64,000 nt of DNA from Nitrososphaerota archaeon (GTDB taxonomy: Archaea > Thermoproteota > Nitrososphaeria > Nitrososphaerales > UBA57), in NCBI GenBank assembly GCA_013378375.1, contig JACAFT010000002.1, forward strand, positions 13,802-77,801, given 5' to 3'. Positions within the stretch are counted from its first letter, which is position 1; each line of letters begins with the position of its first letter. This document shows, in pieces, positions 9,897-18,375 of the stretch. Under the pieces are notes generated by a model. It searched no databases. It saw only the letters and a program-made list of their open reading frames with translations, and was not told the DNA's origin. The position numbers were made by a program, and so were the translations under genes.

Positions 9897-10361
9897 TTAC
9901 TTGCTTAATAATATCTCTTCTGGAAGTGAAATCCTTGTACAATACTTACACTGGAGTTTTGGAGGGTGCTTGCTGATAATAATTAGTTCAGAATTAATTG
10001 GTTCATTTGTATTTGATATACACGTTGGATTTGTACATTTAAAAACATCTACGAACCTTTCTGGTAATTCTATATTTCTTTTTTCAGTTATATTATAGTC
10101 CTTAATTATGTTAATAGTTGAATTTGGAGAAATTAACGCTAAACGGTTTGTTTCTTCCACGGCTAGTACTCTATTTTCTATTTTTATTATGTCTTTCTTT
10201 TCAAATTGCTTACTTGTGACGTTTATTGCAACTGACACTTGATTGCCGTCTGTCCCATTAATATCTAAAGCTGTTAATACGTTAAATGCACTTCCTGATT
10301 TGATATGGTCTATTACTGTTCCATGTTGAATTCTATTGATTCTTAATTCCTTTTCTATCAT
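9897..10361 (-). CDS. pyrI: Aspartate carbamoyltransferase regulatory subunit
   Basis: 154 aa. INRIQHGTVIDHI motif and C-terminal Zn site CTNPTC...CKYC. Confidence 0.9.
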   Translation of the reverse strand: MIEKELRINRIQHGTVIDHIKSGSAFNVLTALDINGTDGNQVSVAINVTSKQFEKKDIIKIENRVLAVEETNRLALISPNSTINIIKDYNITEKRNIELPERFVDVFKCTNPTCISNTNEPINSELIIISKHPPKLQCKYCTRISLPEEILLSK

Positions 10362-10384
10362 TATGTATTATTTTCAATGATTAT

Positions 10385-10396
10385 ATTTATATAAAT
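10385..10396. promoter_or_regulatory. Perfect 12-bp palindromic TATA element (ATTTATATAAAT) midway between the divergent pyrI and pyrB start codons
   Basis: Palindrome centre is 10390.5. The pyrI start is at 10361 and the pyrB start at 10421, each about 30 nt away. Confidence 0.45.
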
Positions 10397-10420
10397 GGAT
10401 TTTATACATTAATCAAAAGA

Positions 10421-11347
10421 TTGAATAATCCATTTTATAATCGTGATGTAGTTTCAATTAAGGATTTTCAACGTTCCGATCTAGAATATCTCTTTGATGT
10501 TGCAAATAAGCTTGAAACGGGAAAGCCATTGAATTCTCTTACTGGTAAGTTACTTGGTCTGATGTTTCTTGAACCAAGTACTCGAACAAGATTAAGTTTT
10601 GAATCTGCTATGAATTCATTAGGTGGAAAGTCGATTAGCTTTGGAGACCCTTCATCAACATCAACTGAAAAAGGTGAGAATCTTGCTGATAGTTTATCTA
10701 CTGTGGATCGATATGTTGATGCAATAGTTTTACGCCACTCTCGAGAAGGTGTTTCACGTTTTGCTTCTGAGATATGTCAAAAACCTGTCATTAATGCTGG
10801 GAGTGGAAGTGAGGAACATCCTACTCAAGCTATGTTAGATGTTTTTACTATCATGAAAGAATGTGGTAAAGTTGACGATCTTAATATTGCTATTTTTGGA
10901 GATTTAAAATATGGAAGAACTGTTTATTCTTTATTATATGCTTTGTCTAATTACAAACCTAATATTTTTCTTGTATCTCCTGCACTTCTACAACTCCGTA
11001 AAGATCCTTTAATTGATATTCAAGAAAATCTGAATATCTCACAACATGATAATATTTCTGATATAATTTCAAAACTTGATGTTATCTATACAACACGTAT
11101 ACAAAAAGAACGCTTTCCTGATCTTCAAGAATATGAAAGAGTGAAGGGTTCTTATAAAATTGACGAAGAGTTACTTGATCAAGCAAAAGAAAGTTTGATT
11201 CTTCTCCACCCAATGCCTAGATCTGAAGAAATTCCACCTAGTATAGATAAGACTAAATTTGCAAAGTATTTCCAACAAATGAGTTATGGGAAATTAATAA
11301 GATCTGCCTTATTACATCTTGTTTTTAATGAAAATCCTAGTTTCTAG
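10421..11347 (+). CDS. pyrB: Aspartate carbamoyltransferase catalytic subunit
   Basis: 308 aa, TTG start. STRTR carbamoyl-phosphate motif, HPTQ, HPMPR. Confidence 0.95.
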   Translation: MNNPFYNRDVVSIKDFQRSDLEYLFDVANKLETGKPLNSLTGKLLGLMFLEPSTRTRLSFESAMNSLGGKSISFGDPSSTSTEKGENLADSLSTVDRYVDAIVLRHSREGVSRFASEICQKPVINAGSGSEEHPTQAMLDVFTIMKECGKVDDLNIAIFGDLKYGRTVYSLLYALSNYKPNIFLVSPALLQLRKDPLIDIQENLNISQHDNISDIISKLDVIYTTRIQKERFPDLQEYERVKGSYKIDEELLDQAKESLILLHPMPRSEEIPPSIDKTKFAKYFQQMSYGKLIRSALLHLVFNENPSF

Positions 11348-13767
11348 CCACAGCTCGAGTATGAGCATGATAAACATTTACTACACCCTTCTGCATATAT
11401 CAAACTCATTTCTCCACAAGCCCCACATTTACTTTTATTGTGATTGATATCTTTTTCTGCTATATTGACCTCAATTTCTTCTTCTTTTTTTACATCTTGG
11501 ATTTCTATAGCTTTTTGTCCATTTTCTGTATGTATGGAATCTGCAAGTGCATGTGCTATTGCATCTGGTACAGATCTAATTGCTATACTGTTTCCTTTAG
11601 TTTGATGCCATGATACATTCCTTGTTTGTATTCCTCTCATTGTTTTAATTATTGAAGTTACATTAACATTTGATTGTAGTGCTATTGAAATCAATCTCCC
11701 CATTCCTTCATACGCTGCCTTTTCTTCATCTCCTGATTTTCCTCTTTCAATGAATACTTCTCTTGGTATTCCATTTTCATCTTTGTTGATTGTTATAAAT
11801 AATCCGCTGTTTGTATAGGTGAATCTATATGTTCTACCTTCTAGGTATTCTGGCCTTTTATATCCTCCAGATAAAACATGTAAACTTTCATTCTCGGATT
11901 TTGAACTACGTAGATTTTTTGTTTTATCTGTTTCTAAAACTTGTTCATCTAAACATCCATCTCTATATACTGTTATTCCTTTACAATGTGTTTTGTATGC
12001 TAATTTGTACGCATTGTTTACATCTTCTATTTTTGCTTCATTTGGTAAATTGATTGTTTTACTTACTCCATTATCTACAAATTCCTGAAATGCTGATTGC
12101 ATTTTTACATGTTGTTCTCCGGATAAATCTGCGGCAATTGGAAACATTTCTTTTATTTCATTTGGAATCCATGACAAGTTTTGAATACTTCCTCCGTTCT
12201 TTGATATTTCATTTATTTTTTCTCTATCTAATGCAATGTTTTTTTCTTCTAATGCTAAAGAAAATGATTCGTTTAAATAATGAAGTTCTTCAAATTCTTC
12301 ACTTCTTTCTTTGATCCTCGAATGTCTAACAAATACTAAAGCAAAATGTGGTTCTATTCCAGGTGAGCAATTGGCTATTGTACCAATTGAACCTGTTGGC
12401 GCAATAATTGTACAATTAACATTTCTGACTTTTTTATCAACTTTTGCAAAGTCACTTTTATCCCAATTTACAAATGTTCCCCTTGTTTCAGCTAATTCTT
12501 CTGACATTTTCCAAGATACTTCTGAAATAAATTTCATTAATTTTCTTGCTAATATATATGATTGTTCAGTTCCATATTTTATTTTTAATTTACTTAATAA
12601 ATCCGCAAAACCCATTACACCTAATCCTAATCTTCTCATATCTTGTGATAATTCTTGAATTTCTTTTGTCGGATATTTATTTGCAGTAACAACATTATCC
12701 AAGAAATGTATTGCATCTCGTGTACATTTTTTTAATTTATCCCAATCAATATCATCTTCTTTTTCATTTACGAATTTAGAAATATTTATTGAACCTAAAT
12801 TACAACTTTCATTAGGAAGTAATGGAACTTCACCACAAGGGTTGGTTGATTCAATTTTATAATGTTCTCTTAATGGATTTGAATTACTGTTATTTATTTT
12901 ATCAATAAATATTAAACCTGGATCTGCACATTCCCATGCACATTTTATAATTTTTTCCCATAGTTCTTTTGCTTTAATTCTTTTTGCTTCTCCTCCACAC
13001 AGTTTGCATTTTGGTATTGAGCTTATATCTACTTCTGGAAAAATATTTTTTGAACATTTATTACATTTTAAAACTTCGTTCCCTGTTCTTGGATTTATAA
13101 ATACATGATCATCATTGTTTTCTAATTCTCTCATAAATTCATCTGTTATTGCTACTGAAACATTAAATTCTTTCATTATTTTTGCTTCGCTTTGTAGATT
13201 CATATTATTTTTTTTCATTTCAATAAATTCTAATACATCTGGATGTTCGATATTTAATATTCCCATGTTTGCTCCTCGTCTTTTTCCTCCTTGTTTGATA
13301 ACTTGTGTACATTTATCAAATAATTGCATAAATGATACTGGTCCTGATGCTACTGAACCTGTTGAACCTACTTGGTCGCCCTCTGGTCTTAAGTTCGAAA
13401 ATGAAAAACCTGTACCTCCTCCTGTTTTTTGAACTATTGCTTGTGTCTTTACAGCATCTAATATGGAACTTGTGTTATCATTTACTGGTAGTACAAAACA
13501 TGCTGATAATTGACCTAAAGACGCACCGGCATTCATTAATGTTGGAGAATTTGGCAAAAATTCAAAATTTTTCATCATTTTATAAAATATTTCTTCTGTT
13601 TCTTCATGTTTAAAATCATTATATTCTTTGTCTGAATTTGCTATAGCTTTTGCAACTCTTCTAAACAAATCATCCGGATTTTCCTGCCTGCCATCTTCAA
13701 ATTTTAGCAAATATCTTGCCTTTAATACTTTCATTACATTTTCAGGTAAAGTTTCACTTATTTCCAA
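11344..13767 (-). CDS. nrdJ: Class II (adenosylcobalamin-dependent) ribonucleotide reductase, no ATP-cone, Cys-rich C-terminal Zn-finger tail
   Basis: 807 aa. TTG start with AAGGAG about 9 nt upstream. Blocks LPNSPTLMNAG, CFVLPV, NPCGE. Tail CGACGEMSLIYAEGCSKCLSCSYSSCG. Confidence 0.9.
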   Translation of the reverse strand: MEISETLPENVMKVLKARYLLKFEDGRQENPDDLFRRVAKAIANSDKEYNDFKHEETEEIFYKMMKNFEFLPNSPTLMNAGASLGQLSACFVLPVNDNTSSILDAVKTQAIVQKTGGGTGFSFSNLRPEGDQVGSTGSVASGPVSFMQLFDKCTQVIKQGGKRRGANMGILNIEHPDVLEFIEMKKNNMNLQSEAKIMKEFNVSVAITDEFMRELENNDDHVFINPRTGNEVLKCNKCSKNIFPEVDISSIPKCKLCGGEAKRIKAKELWEKIIKCAWECADPGLIFIDKINNSNSNPLREHYKIESTNPCGEVPLLPNESCNLGSINISKFVNEKEDDIDWDKLKKCTRDAIHFLDNVVTANKYPTKEIQELSQDMRRLGLGVMGFADLLSKLKIKYGTEQSYILARKLMKFISEVSWKMSEELAETRGTFVNWDKSDFAKVDKKVRNVNCTIIAPTGSIGTIANCSPGIEPHFALVFVRHSRIKERSEEFEELHYLNESFSLALEEKNIALDREKINEISKNGGSIQNLSWIPNEIKEMFPIAADLSGEQHVKMQSAFQEFVDNGVSKTINLPNEAKIEDVNNAYKLAYKTHCKGITVYRDGCLDEQVLETDKTKNLRSSKSENESLHVLSGGYKRPEYLEGRTYRFTYTNSGLFITINKDENGIPREVFIERGKSGDEEKAAYEGMGRLISIALQSNVNVTSIIKTMRGIQTRNVSWHQTKGNSIAIRSVPDAIAHALADSIHTENGQKAIEIQDVKKEEEIEVNIAEKDINHNKSKCGACGEMSLIYAEGCSKCLSCSYSSCG

Positions 13768-13887
13768 ATCTTATTTCTCCTTCTGGACAATGTAATAACA
13801 CATCCTAGTATATCTATATTTGGTTGTGGAAATTTCCTTTGATGTGTATTTACCGGCAAATACTTAAGATATGTGGTGTTAAAAATA

Positions 13888-13931
13888 AAATACAAATTTA
13901 ACATATACTATGATATGTGAATTTTGTATTT
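13888..13931. promoter_or_regulatory. Nested inverted repeats in the nrdJ upstream region: outer AAATACAAA/TTTGTATTT, inner ACATAT/ATATGT
   Basis: Outer arms 13888-13896 and 13923-13931; inner arms 13901-13906 and 13913-13918; read directly. GATATGTG also occurs as a direct repeat at 13868 and 13912. Confidence 0.35.
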
Positions 13932-14101
13932 CATACTTTGTTGTTAAATAAGTTGACAAGAATTTTTTTTTTATTTTATCCGGTATATAATTCAACACGT
14001 AAACGATTAGAAATTCAAAAAATGTGCTTATTTTGACCTTTTTCTTTCTAGTGTTTATAATTTAAGTGTCAATTGTTTATGACTTTCGAGTTATAACGTA
14101 A

Positions 14102-16189
14102 TTATCTTATTGGATATTCTTCTAATGAAGTTGAATTACAATTTTTACATTTATCGGTGTTATGAGTGTTTTTCACTGTACATGAAATACAAACTTTCAT
14201 TCTATTATAAAATTTGAAATATGAAATTTTATTGGACGTTTTTTTCGTAATTCCTATGAACTTCTTTGATGAAATATTGGATGTGTCCAAATAAATAGAA
14301 TATCCTCCTTCAAATTTATTTATATAATTGCTTATTTGATCTACTTTTTCAAGCTCATTAGGATTGATCGTGATAGATTGTGAATAGTAATTACTTTCTG
14401 ATTTCACTCTACTTTTCCCAAATTTCTCAATATCTATGTTTGTGAACCTCTCACTTGAGTCGTCTCGTATTGAGGATAATCCAAATTCTTCTCCTGTTTT
14501 TTTACTAAATTTTGCAATTTCTTCATTTGCTGTATCCAAAATTTTACCTGCTAACTTTGTTTTCTCTTTATTTGTTGATTCTGAGCCTAAAAGATTATTT
14601 ATTGCTTCATTTATTCCTGTTAAATTTATTATTAAAGGGATTTTCTGACTTGAAATAATTCCAATATTTGTATTTAAAAATGGTAATAATCCTTTTCCTG
14701 TTATATCGTCAATAATTGATCTTCTTTTTGAAAGAGTAGAAATTGCGATTTTTAACATTAAAGCTACTTTTGCGCGAAAATATGCTTCATCTTTATTTGA
14801 TTCATATGAAAGTTTTGGGAGATTGATTGCTACTTCGTGTAATGAAATATTTCCTCCTACTATTTTCTTATTTAGTGATTTACTAATTCCTGAAAATGCA
14901 AATATATTTTTTGAATTATTATTTATTCCAATAAATCCGCCATTTTTTACCGTCGATAAAATTTTTATAATTACTTCTTCTTCATTTTTTTGGAATTTAC
15001 ACGGAATTATTAATGCTATTTTGGGCATTGCAATAGAATCTAAATAAGTGTTATAACTTTCTAAAATAATTTTTTTAATCTTGATTAATTTTTTTTCATC
15101 AATTTTTGAATCTTTTGTTATGGATAGATCTAGTGTAATGAAAGGACTGTCTTTTTCAGATACTATTTGAGATATCATTTTGAACATTTGTACTATGCTA
15201 TCCTTTGCATCTGTTATTGTTTTATTATCAATTAGATCTGAAATATATCCTAAAAAATTATTATAGACTATTTCTTTATTGATTTCATTATTTAATTCAG
15301 ATGTTATTAATATTATATTTGTTAAACTATCAGTAAATTTTTTTGGTGTTGTTATATGTATTGAATTAAGTAATTTTCCTTGAATTTTAATTCCTTGTGC
15401 AGGTAATGAATATAAATCAATAAATATAGTATCTGGTTTTAATCCCCACGATCCTACATTTGCAATATTTATATCTCCAGAAAAATGTGCGTCAGTTACA
15501 TCTCTTGATAATTGATTTAATAGCAAGTATTCTGAAAATACTCTTTTTGATGTTTGTTTAATTAAAGAATTGATTGCATCTGTACTTCTGGAATATTGAT
15601 TAAACATTTGAGTTATGTCATGAATTGGTAATCCTATTCTTGTTAGTTTATGCCTGTATTCTTCATGTCCATGTTCAATTAATAAAGCGTTCACTATTTC
15701 TCTAATCAATGGTGCGGTTAGGTAACTTGTTTGAAATTTATGTACTCTAGCTTCTGCTTCACCTGTCATTTTCTCTGCCAATTCCATCGGCATACCTGCT
15801 TCTTTTACTAATACTTGTAATATTTTATCTGGTTTGAATTCTTCCATTGTTTCCCTTGATGTTCTAACATAAGTTTTTCCACTTTCTATTACACTTTGTT
15901 CTTCTATCTGTCTTGTTAGGTTAAGTATTAACCTTCCCAAATTTGTTACTACATAACGTCTTTCTGCACGGTTTAAACTAACGAGTTGCATTCTAACTAA
16001 TTTTCTTAAATGATATGCAAATTTTCCTGATTCTTTTTTTGATTTAAATCCTGCTAGTGTTTTTAATTCAGAATAACTTAATGGCCCTTTAGAGTTTAAT
16101 ATTTTTAAAATATCGAGCCTATTATCTGAAGCAATTACTGAATATATCGCCCTTACTCTTTTTGTTGTTCTGTAAGGTCCACTTGACAT
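14102..16189 (-). CDS. Multidomain protein: N-terminal ArsR-like winged HTH, then ATP-cone, then a large uncharacterised domain ending in a CxxC-x10-CxxC Zn ribbon (class III RNR-like layout without a glycyl-radical motif)
   Basis: 695 aa. wHTH: NRLDILKILNSKGPLSYSELKTLAG...FAYHLRKLVRMQLV. ATP-cone-like: YVRTSRETMEEFKPDKILQVLVKEAG...LIREIVNALLIEHGHEEYRHKLTRIG. C-terminus: CISCTVKNTHNTDKCKNCNSTSLEEYPIR. Confidence 0.7.
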   Translation of the reverse strand: MSSGPYRTTKRVRAIYSVIASDNRLDILKILNSKGPLSYSELKTLAGFKSKKESGKFAYHLRKLVRMQLVSLNRAERRYVVTNLGRLILNLTRQIEEQSVIESGKTYVRTSRETMEEFKPDKILQVLVKEAGMPMELAEKMTGEAEARVHKFQTSYLTAPLIREIVNALLIEHGHEEYRHKLTRIGLPIHDITQMFNQYSRSTDAINSLIKQTSKRVFSEYLLLNQLSRDVTDAHFSGDINIANVGSWGLKPDTIFIDLYSLPAQGIKIQGKLLNSIHITTPKKFTDSLTNIILITSELNNEINKEIVYNNFLGYISDLIDNKTITDAKDSIVQMFKMISQIVSEKDSPFITLDLSITKDSKIDEKKLIKIKKIILESYNTYLDSIAMPKIALIIPCKFQKNEEEVIIKILSTVKNGGFIGINNNSKNIFAFSGISKSLNKKIVGGNISLHEVAINLPKLSYESNKDEAYFRAKVALMLKIAISTLSKRRSIIDDITGKGLLPFLNTNIGIISSQKIPLIINLTGINEAINNLLGSESTNKEKTKLAGKILDTANEEIAKFSKKTGEEFGLSSIRDDSSERFTNIDIEKFGKSRVKSESNYYSQSITINPNELEKVDQISNYINKFEGGYSIYLDTSNISSKKFIGITKKTSNKISYFKFYNRMKVCISCTVKNTHNTDKCKNCNSTSLEEYPIR

Positions 16190-16369
16190 AATATAATTCG
16201 TACTTCAAAAACACATTTAAAGGTTAAGTAAAGTTGACTAAAAATGACCTTTTGTGTTTTGGGTGAAAAATCTTTAACGTAACTGGAAAATATTCATATT
16301 TTCTTCTGATCTAATTATATTTTTGGATATTCTTTTTATTTTTCTCTTTTCTATTAGTGTTACAATAAT

Positions 16370-16445
16370 GGGGTGGTAGTCTAGTTTGGTCTAAGATGTT
16401 AGCTTTGGGAGCTAGTGATCGGGAGTTCAAATCTCTCTCACCCCA
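16370..16445 (+). tRNA. tRNA-Pro (anticodon UGG), no intron, CCA not encoded
   Basis: Hand fold: acceptor GGGGTGG/TCACCCC, D stem GTCT/AGAT, anticodon arm TTAGC-TTTGGGA-GCTAG, T arm GGGAG-TTCAAAT-CTCTC, discriminator A. Confidence 0.9.
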
Positions 16446-16461
16446 TCCTTGTACAATCTTA

Positions 16462-17886
16462 TTATTCTTGAATTATTCTAATTGGAATTGATTGAGTTAT
16501 TGATTCACTTTTTACACTTATCATAATGGTGTAAATTCCTGGATCTAAATTCTGTGATTCGATAATTACTTTATTCTGATATTTGTTTTCTATGAATTTC
16601 TCTACAGGTTCAAATGACACAGAAATATTTTCTAATTTGCCATTGTTTGAAAATGTACCTGAAGATTTAATATCTATTTCAATTCTTTTTATTGGATCAA
16701 TAGTAATAAAAAATTCAACCGGCGTATCTGATTTTAGACTAATTTCTCTTGTTGAAGTAGTTACTGAAAAATCAAGTGGTTTATTTGCATCTAAAAATCC
16801 AATTTTATTTTCTGTCCATTCTGTAAACCATATATTTCCTTGTTTATCTATATCAAATTGCAGATGATTGGATATACCTCCCCAATCTGCATTTTTCGTT
16901 GGTATTTCATATTCTATTAATATTTGTTTATTTAAATCAAATTTTCCTATTGTATTTGCTTGATGTATATTTAACCATAAATTGCCATGTATATCGAATT
17001 TATTCCAATATGGCAAAGTAGTTGAATAATATGTATCGCTTGACGATGTAACAAATTTCGTAAATGATTTGTTAATTAAATTCATTACCACAAACTGACT
17101 CGATCCATGATCATTGATCCATATATTGTTATTATTTATAGAAATTCCTACCGGTGATGAAATACCTTTTGGTAATTCATAGAAATTAAATTGATTATCT
17201 TTGTAACTTCCAAGATATCCCTCAATTGGCCAAGTAAGCATTGTAAACCAAATTGTATTGTTTGAGTCGACAGCTATGCCTCCAAGAACTTCTAATTCTG
17301 TTTGAGGTTGTATTTCTATTATTCCTTTACTTGAATTTACTTTTGTTTGATTTGGATCTACGATTGCTATTTTTTTACCAAAAATTTCTGAAACAATTAA
17401 ATGATTATTTGTATTTTTTATTATTTGTACAGGATAACTGTTTTGTGTTTCAAGTCTATAATTAACAAATGAATTATTTTGTTTGTAAAATCTCCATATG
17501 AAATTATTTTTATGATCTGTAAACCAAATTTCATCATCTAGGGATAATATACTCCAAGATTCTATGTTTTGATAATAGTTTGATATTGTATAATCTGTGA
17601 ATATATTTTTACTTGGGTTAAAAGAAACTAGTTTACTATTGTTATTTTGTATAAACCATACGATTCCATTGTTGTCTGTAGTTATTGCTATTGGCGCTGA
17701 GCAACTATCCGGGATTAAATATTCTGATATGTATCTATTATTATTTACTTTTCTTTCATTACATGTGTTTTCTAATGTATTTGATTTTGAACCGTTGAAA
17801 TCATTTGTTAAGATTGTTCCAACTAATAATCCCGAAATTACAGGTATTAATATAATTAATATCATCTTTTTCTTCTTTATATTCAA
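16462..17886 (-). CDS. Secreted or membrane-anchored beta-propeller repeat protein (Vgb/NHL-like blades) with C-terminal Ig-like region
   Basis: 474 aa. N-terminal signal/TM helix. Recurring blade signature: GIVWFIQ, EIWFTD, TIWFTM, NIWINDHG, NLWLNIH, NIWFTEW. Confidence 0.6.
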   Translation of the reverse strand: MNIKKKKMILIILIPVISGLLVGTILTNDFNGSKSNTLENTCNERKVNNNRYISEYLIPDSCSAPIAITTDNNGIVWFIQNNNSKLVSFNPSKNIFTDYTISNYYQNIESWSILSLDDEIWFTDHKNNFIWRFYKQNNSFVNYRLETQNSYPVQIIKNTNNHLIVSEIFGKKIAIVDPNQTKVNSSKGIIEIQPQTELEVLGGIAVDSNNTIWFTMLTWPIEGYLGSYKDNQFNFYELPKGISSPVGISINNNNIWINDHGSSQFVVMNLINKSFTKFVTSSSDTYYSTTLPYWNKFDIHGNLWLNIHQANTIGKFDLNKQILIEYEIPTKNADWGGISNHLQFDIDKQGNIWFTEWTENKIGFLDANKPLDFSVTTSTREISLKSDTPVEFFITIDPIKRIEIDIKSSGTFSNNGKLENISVSFEPVEKFIENKYQNKVIIESQNLDPGIYTIMISVKSESITQSIPIRIIQE

Positions 17887-17972
17887 AAACTACTCACTCA
17901 CTACTCACATTTTATTAATATTATAGAATCCTTTTAATTTATTGTAATGTACTCAATTCCATAATAATTGAA

Positions 17973-18092
17973 GCCGGGGTTGCCGAGCCAGGTCAAAGGC
18001 GCTGGACTTAAGATCACTCTCAATTGAGAGTCATGCAATATGACATCCCGTCACTTAGGTGTTCGTGGGTTCAAATCCCACCCCCGGCACCA
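17973..18092 (+). tRNA. tRNA-Leu (anticodon UAA), class II with long variable arm, 32-nt intron at the canonical 37/38 position (18013-18044), 3' CCA encoded
   Basis: Acceptor GCCGGGG/CCCCGGC. Anticodon arm CTGGA-CTTAAGA-TCCCG after removal of ATCACTCTCAATTGAGAGTCATGCAATATGAC (one U-C mismatch). Variable arm CAC-TTAG-GTG. T arm GTGGG-TTCAAAT-CCCAC. Confidence 0.8.
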
Positions 18093-18136
18093 TTTTTGTA
18101 GAAAGACTAATACATGTGATGTAATGAATATATTTT

Positions 18137-18340
18137 ATGTCACTTATTACTGAAAGAAAATTTGATTCAGATCTTATGTTTCGATTCATTGGTTTGATTA
18201 TGATTGTTATTGGATTACTTACTGCACTTTATGCTTCTGATACTGGTCTTTCACAACAGATAGTTCCTGTTTATTATTTTATCTCATTTGTACTGGTTTT
18301 TGTAGGTATTTACGGATTAGTTTCTATTATTCGTGATTAA
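18137..18340 (+). CDS. Small two-TM membrane protein, unknown function
   Basis: 67 aa with two hydrophobic helices. Confidence 0.4.
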   Translation: MSLITERKFDSDLMFRFIGLIMIVIGLLTALYASDTGLSQQIVPVYYFISFVLVFVGIYGLVSIIRD

Positions 18341-18375
18341 AGTATAAATCCAATTGTTTACAGCTCATAAATAAT

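Noticed and set aside
16462-17886. The beta-propeller gene flanked by tRNA-Pro and tRNA-Leu, considered as a tRNA-targeted genomic islet.
   Set aside because: No integrase or transposase, no duplicated tRNA 3'-end (att) sequence, and no compositional break relative to the surroundings could be seen.
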